Shown piece by piece: positions 40,481-51,508 of a stretch of DNA of 64,000 nt. Numbering within the stretch: the first letter of the stretch is position 1; every line of letters begins with the position of its first letter. Both the position numbers and the translations under genes were made by a program. The notes beneath the pieces were generated by a model. That model worked only from the letters and a program-made list of their open reading frames with translations, did no database searches and was not told where the DNA came from. This DNA comes from Mobula hypostoma (lineage: Eukaryota): contig NC_086097.1 in assembly GCF_963921235.1 (NCBI RefSeq), positions 6,386,001 to 6,450,000 of the forward strand. The letters run 5' to 3'.

Positions 40481-40918
40481 GGAGTCCTTGTGCAGGGTTC
40501 CATTAAGGTTAACTTGCAGGTTGAGTCTGTGGTGAAGAAGGAAAATGCAATGTTTGCATTCCCATTTCAAGTGTACCAGAATATAAAAGTTGATCGTGTG
40601 GATAGTCAGAGATTTCTTCCCAGGGCTGAAATGGGTAGCACGAGAGGGCACAGTTTTAAGGTGCTTGGAGGTAGGTACAGAGGAGATGTCAGGAGTAAGT
40701 TTTTTATGCAGAGAGTGGTGCGTGCGTGGAATGGGCTGCCGGCAACGGTGGTAGAGGTGGATACGATAGGGTCTTTTAAGAGACTCCTGGATAGGTACAT
40801 GGAGCTTAGAAAAATAGATGGCTAAGGGTAACCCTAGCTAATTTCTAAACTAAGTACATGTTCGGCACAGCATTGTGAGCTGAATGTCTGTATTGTGTAG
40901 GTTTTCTATGTTTTTATG
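40480..40918 (+). mobile_element. CR1 3' fragment
   Basis: [34 protein letters not shown] peptide. Confidence 0.9.
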
Positions 40919-41978
40919 TTTCACTTTAAAAACTCTCCCGCACAGGTTTCCTGTCATCATCAGGTACAATGGACAGCCACCACTGGTAATATAACTATTA
41001 TGATCATAGATTTTGGAGTAGTGGAGGTATAATTTGTCCATCTGTGCTGATCACCCCATCCTTGACTAAGCTGTTCCACCGTGAACATGATCTGTTATGA
41101 GTCAACATGATGCTTTCAGATCAGGTCATGCACAGCACAGACCTCCGCCGCACTGCTCAGGTGTGTTTCTGGGGTACAGGGGCTAGCGACCCTTGTGCCT
41201 GTTCTGTGTTCTATGCTGAGCAGCAGTGAACCATCTGATTGGCCTATCAGAGTTCTCTTTGGGAACTAGTTGACTTGATCAGCATTTCTGATCTGGCCAT
41301 TGTTCACCATTGCACTTAATAAAAAAGAAAGTTTGTACTGGTAACTTTGCTGTTTGCTGCTTCGGCTATGAGCATCTAGCTATGATGGATGATGAGAAAA
41401 CCACTTTCTCCCAATTTAAATAGCTTATTTTACTTTGAATGGGAATGGGAAACAGGTACCACCATCAACTGCCTGAACTACAGTTTTATTCCATTATATT
41501 AATTGAGACAAGTGTACAGTGTTGCAATTTGGGAGGACACCATCCAGGGTAGGACTTACACAGTGAGTGGTCTGGAAACGAGGAGTGCGGTAGAACAGAG
41601 AGATCTGGGAATACAGATCTGTAATTCATTGAAAGTGGCGTATTGGCTTTCATAAATCAATGTATTGAGTACAAGATTTGGAATGTTATGCTGAATTTGT
41701 ATAAGCTGTTGGTGAAGCCTAATTTGGAGTATTGTGTATTGAGTATTTCACACACATCTGCTCTCACTCCATCCTCCCACCACCCCACTAGGAATAGGGT
41801 TCCCCTGGTCCTCACCTACCACCCCACCAGCCTCCGGGTCCAACATATTATTCTCCGTAACTTCCGCCACCTCCAACGGGATCCCACCACTAAGCACATC
41901 TTTCCCTCCCACCCCCCGCTTTCCACAAGGATCACTCCCTATGCAACTCCCTTGTCCATTCGTCCCCCACCATCCCTC

Positions 41979-43249
41979 TGTCACAATGGTGGGGCATTGG
42001 AAGCAAGGGTGGACCCAAATGCAAGACACATCTTGTGAGGTTACGGTTTGGACTCCGAGCCCGAGACTGGGCAAGGACACAGTACCTGGGTCTTGCCTCG
42101 GGCTCGGACCCCAGAACCAGGCATGGACAAGACATGGGCTAGGGAGAGGAGGAACATGGAAAAACAGAGGCTCGATCTCGGGAAAGCAGGTACATGGAAC
42201 CATGGACACATACACAGAACACAGAGTCCGGACCCCTCCTTGGAAACAGGACTTAGGGCCGGGACTCACACACAGAACAGAGAGCCGGGACCCCTCCATG
42301 GGAACAGAACATAGGGCCGGGACTTATGACTTCCCCCTCCCCCCCACCGCGGGGCAACAGCAAGACGGCCTGACTTACCCCACGGAGGTGAGAACAAGAC
42401 AAGATAAGACATGACCCCCTGCCGAGCAACGGCAAGACAGCCTGACTTACCCCACGGAGGCGAGGACAAGACAAGACAAGACATGACCCCCCCATAGAGC
42501 AACAGCAAGACGGCCTGACTTACCCCACGGAGGCGAGGACAAGACAAGACAAACACCAAAGAACAACACAGTTCCTATCTAGCTCCAGCCATAGAACAAG
42601 ACCAAGGTGCAGGCGAGGGCTACAGACGAGGGATGGAGGCGAGGGGGCAGAGAAGGGACTCAGACACGGGAGTAGGACAGGAATCACAGACCGCCAGGGC
42701 CAGGACTTGACTAGCTACTCAGATGCCACTAGGGCCAGGACGTGACTTGGTACTCGGATCCCGCCAGGACCAGGACTTGACTTGGACGTGGTACTTGGAT
42801 GCCACCAGAGCCAGGACCTGGATGTGGTGCTTGGAACCGCCGGGTAGTGGCGAGCTCTAGACTCAGCCCAGGAACAGTAGACAGCGGCTCCTGATTCTCT
42901 CCGGCAGGTTAACCGACGGACCCACCTTGATGAGGAAACCTTGCAGGCTCGCTTCGGCGAGGTAACTGGACAGGGTTGCTCCGGTGAGGAAAGGCGAATT
43001 ACCGGGACTCGCTTCGGCAGAGACTAGGCTTGCTCCGGCCAGATGACATCGGCACACCGTACCTTTGATGACTTTGCAGACGCTCCCGCCCGAACAGCTG
43101 AAAGCCGAAGACTATAAACTACCAGTTCAGCCGAGCATTAATTGCCTCTATTCACCAAAGCCGAGGGACACGGGAAAACAGGGAATCAACGGTCCAGATC
43201 GTAACATGAACAAGGTAAATTTAAAGGGACCCCGATCCAGACCATGACA
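41979..43249 (-). mobile_element. Solo LTR with internal minisatellites
   Basis: TGTCA...TGACA ends and 5-bp TSD ccctc (41974-41978 and 43250-43254); interrupts the Penelope ORF. Strand is inferred. Confidence 0.9.
42205..42845. repeat. Three tandem arrays (~59, ~72 and ~37-40 bp units) inside the LTR
   Basis: cacagaaca.agag.ccgg.acccctcc x2; gcaagacggcctgacttaccccacggagg.gag.acaagacaagac x3; gccagggccaggac.tgac x4. Confidence 0.85.
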
Positions 43250-43995
43250 CCCTCCCCACCCATCTCCCTCCTGGCACTTATCCTTGTAAGCGGAACAAGT
43301 GCTACACATGCCCTTACACTTCCTCCCTCACCACCATTCAGGGCCCCAGACAGTCCTTCCAGGTGAGGCGACACTTCACCTGTGAGTCGGCAGGGGTGAT
43401 ATACTGCGTCCGGTGCTCCCGATGTGGCCTTTTATATATTGGCGAGACCTGACGCAGACTGGGAGATCGTTTTGCTGAACACCTACGCTCTGTCCGCCAG
43501 AGAAAGCAGGATCTCCCAGTGGCCACACATTTTAATTCCATGTCCCATGTCCCATTCTCATTCTGATATGTCTATCCACGGCCTCCTCTACTGTAAAGAT
43601 GAAGCCACACTCAGGTTGGAGGAACAACACCTTATATTCTGTCTGGGTAGCCTCCAACCTGATAGCATGAGCATTGACTTCTCAAACTTCCGCTAATGCC
43701 CCATCTCCCCCTCGTACCCCATCCATTATTTATTTATATACACACATTCTCTTTCTCTCTCTCTCCTTTTTCTCCCTCTGTCCCTCACTATACCCCTTGC
43801 CCATCCTCTGGGTTTTCCCCCCTCCCCCTTTTCTTTCTCCCTGGGCCTCCTGTCCCATGATCCTTTCATATCCCTTTTGCCAATCACCTGTCCAGCTCTT
43901 GGCTCCATCCCTCCCCCTCCTGTCTTCTCCTATCATTTTGGATCTCCCCCCTCCCCCTCCCACTTTCAAATCTCTTACTCACTCTTCCTTCAGTT

Positions 43996-44031
43996 AGTCC
44001 TGACGAATGGTCTCGGCCCGAAATGTCGACT
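43996..44031 (+). ncRNA. Minimal hammerhead ribozyme motif (partly mutated)
   Basis: AGTC CTGACGA A TGGTCTCGGCCC GAAA TGTC GACT; the stem II closing pair and the ACGU palindrome are altered. Confidence 0.65.
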
Positions 44032-44789
44032 GTACCTCTTCCTAGAGATGCTGCCTGGCCTGCTGCGTTCACCAGCAACTTTGATGTGTGTTGCTTGGAG
44101 TGTATTGTGTATAGTTCTGTTCACTGACCTTCAGGAAAGGTATCAATAGGATTAAAAAAGTACACAGAAAATTTACAAAGATGTTGCCAGGACTTGCAGA
44201 CCTGAGTAATTGGGAAATGTTGAATAGGTTAGGTCTTTTTCCCTACAGCATAGGAGAATGAGGGGAGATTTGTTAGAGCTATACACAATTTATGAGAAGT
44301 ATAGGTAAGGTAAGGTTGTGATGGAAATTCAGATGAAGAGTAGGCTGAAGAGCCTGTTTCTGTACTGTATGACTCCATCATTTTATGAATCAGATTTGGA
44401 CCAATTAGATCTCTGAACCATCTCCAAATAAAGATTGCCTGTTCACATCTTGGCCTGGATAATTGAATTGCAGTTTTATTTAATTTGCAATTAATCAAAC
44501 CTTGAACATGATTGGTGAGTGCAAAAATGCCCAGCTACTGAATCATGAATTAAAAATTTGTCTTGTCAGATTAATAATGTATTGAATGAATGGGCATTGA
44601 CACTGATAAAATGATACGTAATGGTCATTCTTGTCAACAATGTACATAAAGTATAAATCTTTAAAAATAGGAACTGACTTCTTCCCTTAACTTCTAATTC
44701 TTCTATTACATTAAATAAGAAAAGGAATGACATTTAGTAGATATGGATAAATGTGATAATATATTGATTTATCTCTGCAAATTAAACAA

Positions 44790-45235
44790 ATGCCACTACG
44801 CAGGATTGGAAAAAGCTGCAGAGGGTTGTAATCTTAGCCAGCTCTATGGGCACTAGCCTCCCCAGCATCGAGGGCACCTTCAAAAGATGATACCTCAAAA
44901 AGATGGCATCCATCAGTAAGAACCTTCATCAGCCAGGATTTGCCCTCTTCTCATTGCTACCATCAAGGAGAAGGTACAAGAGCCTGAAGGCACACATTCG
45001 ATGCTTTAGGAACAGCTTCTTCACCCTCCCCGTCAGGTTTCTGAGTGGACAATGAACTCAAGAACACTACCTCACAGTTTTATTTGGCTCTCTTTTGTAC
45101 AACTTATTTAATTTAATTATATGTAAATGTCTAATTGAAATTTATAGTTTTCATTATTATGTATTGCAATGAACTGCTGCTGCAAAACAACAGGTTTCAC
45201 AACAAATGCCAGTGATATCAAATCTGATTCTGATT
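44790..45235 (+). mobile_element. Rex1/Babar 3' end
   Basis: caggattggaaaaagctgcag..tgccctcttctcattgctaccatc..ggaacagcttctt..ctgattctgatt tail. Confidence 0.88.
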
Positions 45236-45628
45236 TGGGAAATTCACCAGTGTAAAATTGGGACAGTCATTGTAATTCTGTGAGAGAGGCCTGACAGTAT
45301 TTTGTGATTCACTTTACTCTGGTTGCGACCATTGAATTCTCACTGCTGTGAACCTTTGTAGAAGATTTGGAAGCTGAGTGATAAGAGACTGAAGAGTAAG
45401 ATAGACATGTTTGTCTCAGGGGCTGTCATTGAATCTGTAGAGCTTATAGTATTCCGCCATTGCTGGATACCAAAGAGAATGTCCCACAGCTCTAAACCAT
45501 GATCTCTCTGCAGAAACTTCCGATCAGTTTTCTACCCTGTCCATGTCCCCTGATTGCAGCTCAAACAATTCTACGCAGAAGGCATATCCAGAACATATCA
45601 CTGAATACAAGCCCACAACTGCAGATTA

Positions 45629-45849
45629 TGGTAACACACACAAAACGCTGGAGGAATTCAGCAGGTCAGGCATCTATGGACATGAATAAAGAATCAACAC
45701 TTCAATTCAAGACTGAAGAAGGGTTTCAGGCCAAAAAGTCAACTGTTCATTCATGTCGATAAATGGTGCCTGACCTGCTGAGTTCCTACAACATTTTGTG
45801 TGTGTTACTCTCGATTTCCAGCTTCTGCACAATTTCTCATGTTATATGT
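45629..45849. mobile_element. Penelope-derived hairpin mini-insertion (degenerate)
   Basis: Inverted arms aacacacacaaaa..tcagcaggtcaggca / tgcctgacctgctga..ttttgtgtgtgtt; TSD tgcagatta (45620-45628 and 45850-45858). Confidence 0.8.
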
Positions 45850-46019
45850 TGCAGATTAAGCTCTTCACTTTACTAAAGCCTCATCAAAAAGGAGAGAGTG
45901 ATATCAGGACCTTCAGCATTATCTTTAAGGGGACTTTCACTTTCTCTCCCTCACTGCAGGTGACATTTTGGAACATCTTTGCGATTGTTCTCTCTTCAGT
46001 TGCCTCTCCTCATAACTAC

Positions 46020-46400
46020 TGACCATAAGACCGTAGACCATAAGGTATAAGAGCAGATTGAGGCCATTTGGCCCATTGAGTCTGTTCTGCCATTTCATCA
46101 TAGAAACATAGAAAACATACAGCACAATACAGGCCCTTCAGTCTACAAAGCTGTGCTGAACATGTCCCTACCTTAGAACTACCTAGGGTTACCCATAGCC
46201 CTCTATTTTACTAAGCTCCATGTAGCCATCCAGGAGTCTCTTAAAATATCCTATCGTTTCCGCCTCCACCACCGCCGCCGGCAGCCCATTCCACAGACTC
46301 ACCACTCTCTGCGTAAAAAAACTTGCCCCCGACATCTCTTCTGTACCTACTTCCAAGCACCTTAAACCTGTGCCCTCTTGTGGCAGCCATTTCAGCCATT
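46020..46400 (-). mobile_element. CR1 3' ends (two tails)
   Basis: FFTQRVVSLWNGLP..FKRLLDGYM peptide; catagaaacatagaaa tail complement. Confidence 0.9.
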
Positions 46401-46680
46401 TCAATCGGATGGCAGAGAGTAAGAAGCCATTCCAGAGTCATTGACTGTGTGTCTTCAGGCTCCTGTACCTCCTCCTTGATGGTAGCAATGAGAAGAGGGC
46501 ATGTCCTGGGTGATGGGGATCCTTGATGACAGGTGCTGCCTTCTTGAGGCATCCCTCTTTGAAGATGTCCTGGATGCTGGGGAGTTCTAGTGGCCATGAT
46601 GGAACTGGCTATGGTCACAAACTGTCTGCAGCTTATAGTATATCGATCCTGTGCAGTGCACACCTCCCATACAGGCATTA
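46400..46680 (-). mobile_element. Rex1/Babar fragment
   Basis: gatggtagcaatgagaagagggcatgtcctgggtgatgggg. Confidence 0.85.
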
Positions 46681-47052
46681 ACTATGAATAGTTTTTCGGG
46701 AGTCATCTAAATTAATTGGCACACTCTTTGTCCTCGCAACATCATTTACAATTTAACAGATTTGATTCAACAATTTCCTTCAAGGTGACATTCTTTAGTC
46801 AGTTTATCAATGCAAATCCCACAGTAAAATTGCCTGTGCAGAATTCTGACCAGTGATTCAAGTCCATTAGAACAAGATTATTTCACACTGTTTGACTTTT
46901 CATCAGAGTGTTGAAGGAGCAACCAAATAAAATAATGCAACATGTGGTAAAACAAAAATTTCTTATTAGCTGTTTAGCAGGATGTGCCTATTCTCATTGC
47001 TACCATCAAGAAGGAGGTGCAGGAGCCTCCTACACACACACACACACATATA

Positions 47053-47087
<35 letters not shown>

Positions 47088-47206
47088 CGCATGTATCTGT
47101 GTCTATATACACATTTAAAAATATATTTCTTATTGTAATTTTTTGTTTTTTATTATGTATTGCAATGTACTGCTGCCATAAAACAAACATATTTTATGAC
47201 GTGCCA

Positions 47207-47360
47207 GGATGGCACGTTAGCATAGTGGTTAGCACAATGCTTTACAGTACAGGCGCCACAGGTTCAATTGCCACTGCTGCCTGTAAGGGTTTTGTAGGTT
47301 CTCCCAGTGATCTTGTGGGTTTCCTCCGAGTGCTCGGGTTTCCTCCCACAGTCCAAAGAC
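47207..47360 (+). mobile_element. tRNA-derived V-SINE (3'-truncated)
   Basis: A-box-like tagcatagtggttagc, B-box ggttcaattgcc, and V-domain tgggtttcctccg.gtgctc.ggtttcctcccacagtccaaagac. Confidence 0.85.
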
Positions 47361-48034
47361 CTGGTTCCTGACCCTGATTCTTATTCTATATTGTAAGCAG
47401 AGTAAAATGGCTTTGTGGGCTCCCAAAAGAGACTGAAGGTTCCCTTGATGGTAAAGTTTTTTTGCAGCAGTATTGTCCTCTCCTTGTGCTCTTGGCTGCT
47501 GTTGGTCTGTGGAGTGTGTAAGCAGTCAATCAGCATTCCATTAAGAAAGCACTCAAGGGCTTTAAAACAAAGTGCTCTTCATTGCTCAGTGCATTCATAT
47601 CGCAATGAGTCTTATTTCCAATTACTATTCACATCTGAAATTTGGAGTGACACCATGACAGTTTAATAAAGAGAACATATGTGCTGAAGATTATATGAGA
47701 ACTACAGGCAATGATGTGCTGTAATAACAAATGTCTTACAAATGAAAGAACAAAATATAGAGAGCAGAAATTTGTCTTTGATTACTCTTACAAAATGTCT
47801 GATGTTGTCCTCCTTGATCAATACTAAGAAAATTAAAGGTTATATTATGGACATTTGAAGACACACTCTATGTTTTGGGAGCAGCTTCTTCCCGTTTGCC
47901 ATCAGATTTCTGAATAGACAATGAACTCATGTATACTAATTCACATTTAATTTTCTTCTTGCTCTCTTTTTGCACTACTTACTTTACTTTCTATAAATGT
48001 TATTTCTATTTAAATGTATATTATAGACCACTGT

Positions 48035-48580
48035 AAGTCAGGGTGTTGTGTCCTAGCTGTCTCGGTACGTAATCCTGGGCAGTACGATATGGAGAACAAG
48101 CTGCTGCCCATGTAGCAAGCTCCCCGTCTTCACGCATCTGATGAACCCAGAGGAACAGCAGAGACCACTGCAGTTTGCCACCAGCAGCATCGCAGGTCTT
48201 GCTTTCAGTGTTGAACTCAACATTGGTCTGATATGGGGAGTCCAGATCCAGATATTTCTCTTGAGGTTTATTCCTGAAGCTTTCCCCATGAGTGGGTATA
48301 TCCACAAGGCAGTGGAGGTTTGAGATCAGAGATTTTCTTCACCTAATTGAGCTGCCAGCCAAGGCTGATGAGTGCCATCTGCAAAAGGTGACTGGTTTTA
48401 AGGTGCCTGTATCCTGCCTTTGCCCCTTCTCCTATCAATAGAAATGACTCCACCAGGCTTAGTAGCTAAGCCACATGTGAAGGCCAGGAGCTAGACTTGG
48501 TTGTCAGGGGCTACTTGAGGCACACACTATTGGGAGCATTTAGTAGGTAGTGGGAGTTAATCCCCTCTACCCTGCCCCCA
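48035..48580 (-). mobile_element. RTE/Vingi-related SINE-like element
   Basis: G-rich 5' end and the cacaaggcagtggaggtttga.atcagag..ttttc motif typical of such SINEs (recalled, not aligned). Confidence 0.5.
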
Positions 48581-49347
48581 GCTATTAAACTTAGTTTTGA
48601 TTCTGATTTTCCTTTATAGTGGAATTTTAAATTATGAGGAATAGCTTCAGAGTAAGAAATCTCTGAATTAAGGCAGAGTTGAGGAGGAATATTTTCTACA
48701 TTGAATCTTTGAAATTTTACCCAAGGGAGCTGTGGAAATACATTCAGGACTTACAGCAGGTAGGCAATCTTCTGATGAACATTGCCTTATTGAATGGCAG
48801 ATCAAGCTCTGTCTGTATGAATCTTGCTACTACTTCACGTGTACTTATGTATCAGAAACAGAACTTCTCTTTATAGACTCCTGAAAAATATAATTCTGAT
48901 CAGAAAGCACTGAGGATTAGAGTGAACAATATCTACTTTTTGACTAACAGCAAAGACAGGGGATTTCTCGGAGGGAAAAACTGAAAGAAGTTTTCTGACT
49001 GTTGTCATTGGTGTCCTTGAGAAGAAACCCAATTGTAACTAAACTGCGGTTATAAACACAAGAGATTCTGCATGTGCTGGAGATCCAGAGTAACGCACAC
49101 AGAAACACGAGGAAATCTGCAGATGCTGGAATTTCAAGCAACACACATAAAAGTTGCTGGTGAACACAGCAGGCCAGGCAGCATCTCTAGGAAGAGGTAC
49201 AGTCGACGTTTCAGGCTGAGACCCTTCGGTCAGGGCTAACTGAAAGAAGAGCTAGTAAGAGATTTGAAAGTGGGAGGTGGAGGAAGAGATCCGAAATGAT
49301 AGGAGAAGACACCAATTTCAAATCTCTTACTAGCTCTTCTTTCAGTT

Positions 49348-49383
49348 AGTCCTGATGAAGGGTCTCGGCCCGAAACGTCGATT
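49348..49383 (+). ncRNA. Minimal type I hammerhead ribozyme motif
   Basis: AGTC CTGATGA A GGGT-CTCG-GCCC GAAA CGTC GATT; predicted cut after 49379. Confidence 0.82.
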
Positions 49384-49504
49384 GTACCTCTTCCTAGAGA
49401 TGCTGCCTGGCCTGCTGCGTTCACCAGCACTTTTTATGTGTGTAACACACACAGAATGCTGGAGGGATTCAGCAGGTCAGGCAGTATCTATTGAAATGAA
49501 TAAA

Positions 49505-49542
49505 CAGTCAACGTTTCGGGCTGAGACCCTTCATCAGGACTG
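49505..49542 (-). ncRNA. Minimal type I hammerhead ribozyme motif
   Basis: Minus strand reads CAGTC CTGATGA A GGGT-CTCA-GCCC GAAA CGTT GACTG; 5-bp stem I and a GUU triplet. Confidence 0.8.
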
Positions 49543-50944
49543 GGAAGAAAAGGAATAAGAAGGTGGGGGTGAGGAGAAGGAGTTGATTGATGAAACCAGG
49601 TGGGTGGAGAAGGGGCTGAAGCTTGGAGGTGATAGGTGAAAAAGGTAAAAGGCTGGAGAGGAAGGAATCTGTTAGGAGAGGAGCGGACCATGGGATAAGG
49701 GGAAGAAGGAGGGGCATCATGGGAGGTGATAGGCAGATGAGGAGAAGAGGAGAGGTGTGAGGGAAGCCAGAATGGGGAATTGCAGAGATGGGAAGAGGGA
49801 GGGGAAAAATGACCAGAAGTTAGAGAAATTGATACTCATGCCATCACGTTGGAGGCTACTCAGACAGAATAAGAGCTGTTGATCTTCCAAGCCGGGAATG
49901 GCCACATTGTGGCAGTAAAGGAGGATATAAACTGACATACCTTCTTACTTTGTTCCGCCTCCCCCCCCCCCAACACCCACCTGGCTTCACATATCATCTT
50001 TTAGCTTCTGATCCTTCCCCTCTCCCCACCTTCTTATTTTAGCTTATTCCCCTTCCTTTGCAGTGCTAATGAAGGGACTCAGCCCAAAATGTTGACTGTT
50101 CATTCATTTCCATAGATGCTACCTGACCTGCTGAGTTCCTCCAACGTTCTGTGTGAACAGCAGTTGTGGATTATTTATCTCAACTCTGCCGGAGGGAGAA
50201 GGCCTGGGAATTTCCTCAGAGCAGCTCATTGTGTTGTTTCTTCAGTGGATTAGGAGAAGCTCCAGGGAAATATTCTGACCTGAGAGCTTTCTGTCAGAAC
50301 AAAAACAACATAGAGACGATTATATATCTTGGAACCACCAAGGGACTTTCCTATTATTCTCCCTGAATCAGCACTCTGGTGGCTCAGTTTAAATTTAGGT
50401 GGTTTTAATTCCAGCCTCCCCAGAACTTTCTATCAAAGATCCAAAACAAGATAAAAGAAATGTTGGGTTGTAATTACTGCAGGATGCTTGCTCCCACTAC
50501 GGAATGATGTGGCATTCAGTTAACAATGTGCAGGCACCAAACGTTATAGAATAGCATTCGAACCACATTCCTACTCAGAAGGTAAACATAATCCTCTGAG
50601 AATAAGCCTAGATTAAAGGTATTCTTTGTATATGCTAACACTGAATTACTCCGCTACAATGACAGGTCCATGTTTTTTGACCACAAGGAATACCTCTTCA
50701 TATGTTTCAGCTTTTAGGCTGACAGAAGCAATCATACTCTCAATTAGTGTACATGTTACAGAACTGCATATTATAAGCAAACGAGCTTTACTTTTGACAA
50801 AGGTTGCAAGCCCACTTGTTTCAAAGCAAATGCTGAAGGAGCAAAATTTGCCTTTGGGCTCCAGCACTGAATTGGTGTCTGGACATTGCTGGTTTCAGTC
50901 CCCCCTTGGTCCCAAAAAGGATTGCACAAAAAAGAAGAAAGGAA

Positions 50945-51508
50945 GTAAACTCCCACTGGGTTCTTTGGCTGCGTACATCTAGGGAATACACACTCCAGTC
51001 CCGGCAAACCATTGAGATTGAGATGGCTCTCCCACTCCAAATCCCAGTTTGTGTGAATACAGTGTAATTTGCAACCCCGTTACAACTCAGTGCCAAGTAT
51101 TAACAGACAGTACATTGCATAAGATTAAAGGAATTATATTTATCAATCTTAACTAAAGGGTTAGTAAAGAAAAGAAAGAAAAAAACAAAAAGGGCCCATT
51201 ATAATTAAACTGTCAAATGTGCACAAGTTGGAGCTCAACTCTTCCAAAAATTCATTTTCACCGATCCTCAATCTCAGCACCTGGCTCCACCGGGTCAAAT
51301 CCTATGACCGTTTTTCTCCAGCGTCTTCTCCCTTCATCTCTCATCGCACAAAAAAAAAGCCCAAGGCCAACCTTCCTAATTGGATGTCACACATTCCTTA
51401 TCATCCCTTATTTTAAACAATAACCTGAACAGGCTGAAAACAGAAGAGACTGCTCTCACAGAACTGCTAAATGAAATACATACAGAGTAGCATTAAAATT
51501 GTGTTACA
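50945..51508 (-). mobile_element. Gypsy-type solo LTR
   Basis: Minus strand starts tgtaacac and shares atttcatttag.ag and gagctc.aac..tgtgcaca..t.gac motifs with 56516-57306. Left boundary approximate. Confidence 0.75.

Larger units (their letters stand above)
41740..44101 (+). mobile_element. 5'-truncated Penelope-like element (GIY-YIG endonuclease plus pLTR), pseudogenised
   Basis: RVPLVLTYHP..IILRNF..L..DP..KHIFP; then FTCESAGVIYCVRCSRCGLLYIGET*RRLGDRFAEH at ~43375-43482; EEQHLIFCLGSLQPDSMSIDF ending 43696; 11-bp TSD gtattgtgtat (41729-41739 and 44102-44112). Confidence 0.95.
41510..44380 (+). mobile_element. Old CR1 fragment, split by the Penelope insertion
   Basis: AFINQCIEYK.WNVML.LYK.LVKPNLEYCV at 41643-41738 resumes at 44102. 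Confidence 0.85.
49053..50155. mobile_element. Older Penelope element (minus-strand ORF end plus inverted pLTR) with a younger hairpin copy nested at 49105-49447
   Basis: ORF 49717-49938 LEDQQLLFCLSSLQRDGMSINFSNF is homologous to 43616-43696; nested copy flanked by cacacagaa (49096-49104 and 49448-49456). Confidence 0.88.

Noticed and set aside
42340..42555. Repeat-spacer-like array resembling CRISPR
   Set aside because: Units are whole tandem duplications without unique spacers, sit inside a eukaryotic LTR, and no cas genes are present.
47207..47280. tRNA gene
   Set aside because: No proper cloverleaf, and it continues into a V-SINE core.
50061..50098. Hammerhead copy as a functional ribozyme (also 13448, 45712, 49201, 61790)
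   Set aside because: Core boxes or stem I are mutated (CTAATGA, loss of GAAA, CTGACCGA, truncated stem I); treated as decayed copies.
50945..51508. Candidate 5' LTR of the adjacent Gypsy element
   Set aside because: Opposite orientation and clearly diverged from the 3' LTR; separated from the internal region by a CR1 scrap.
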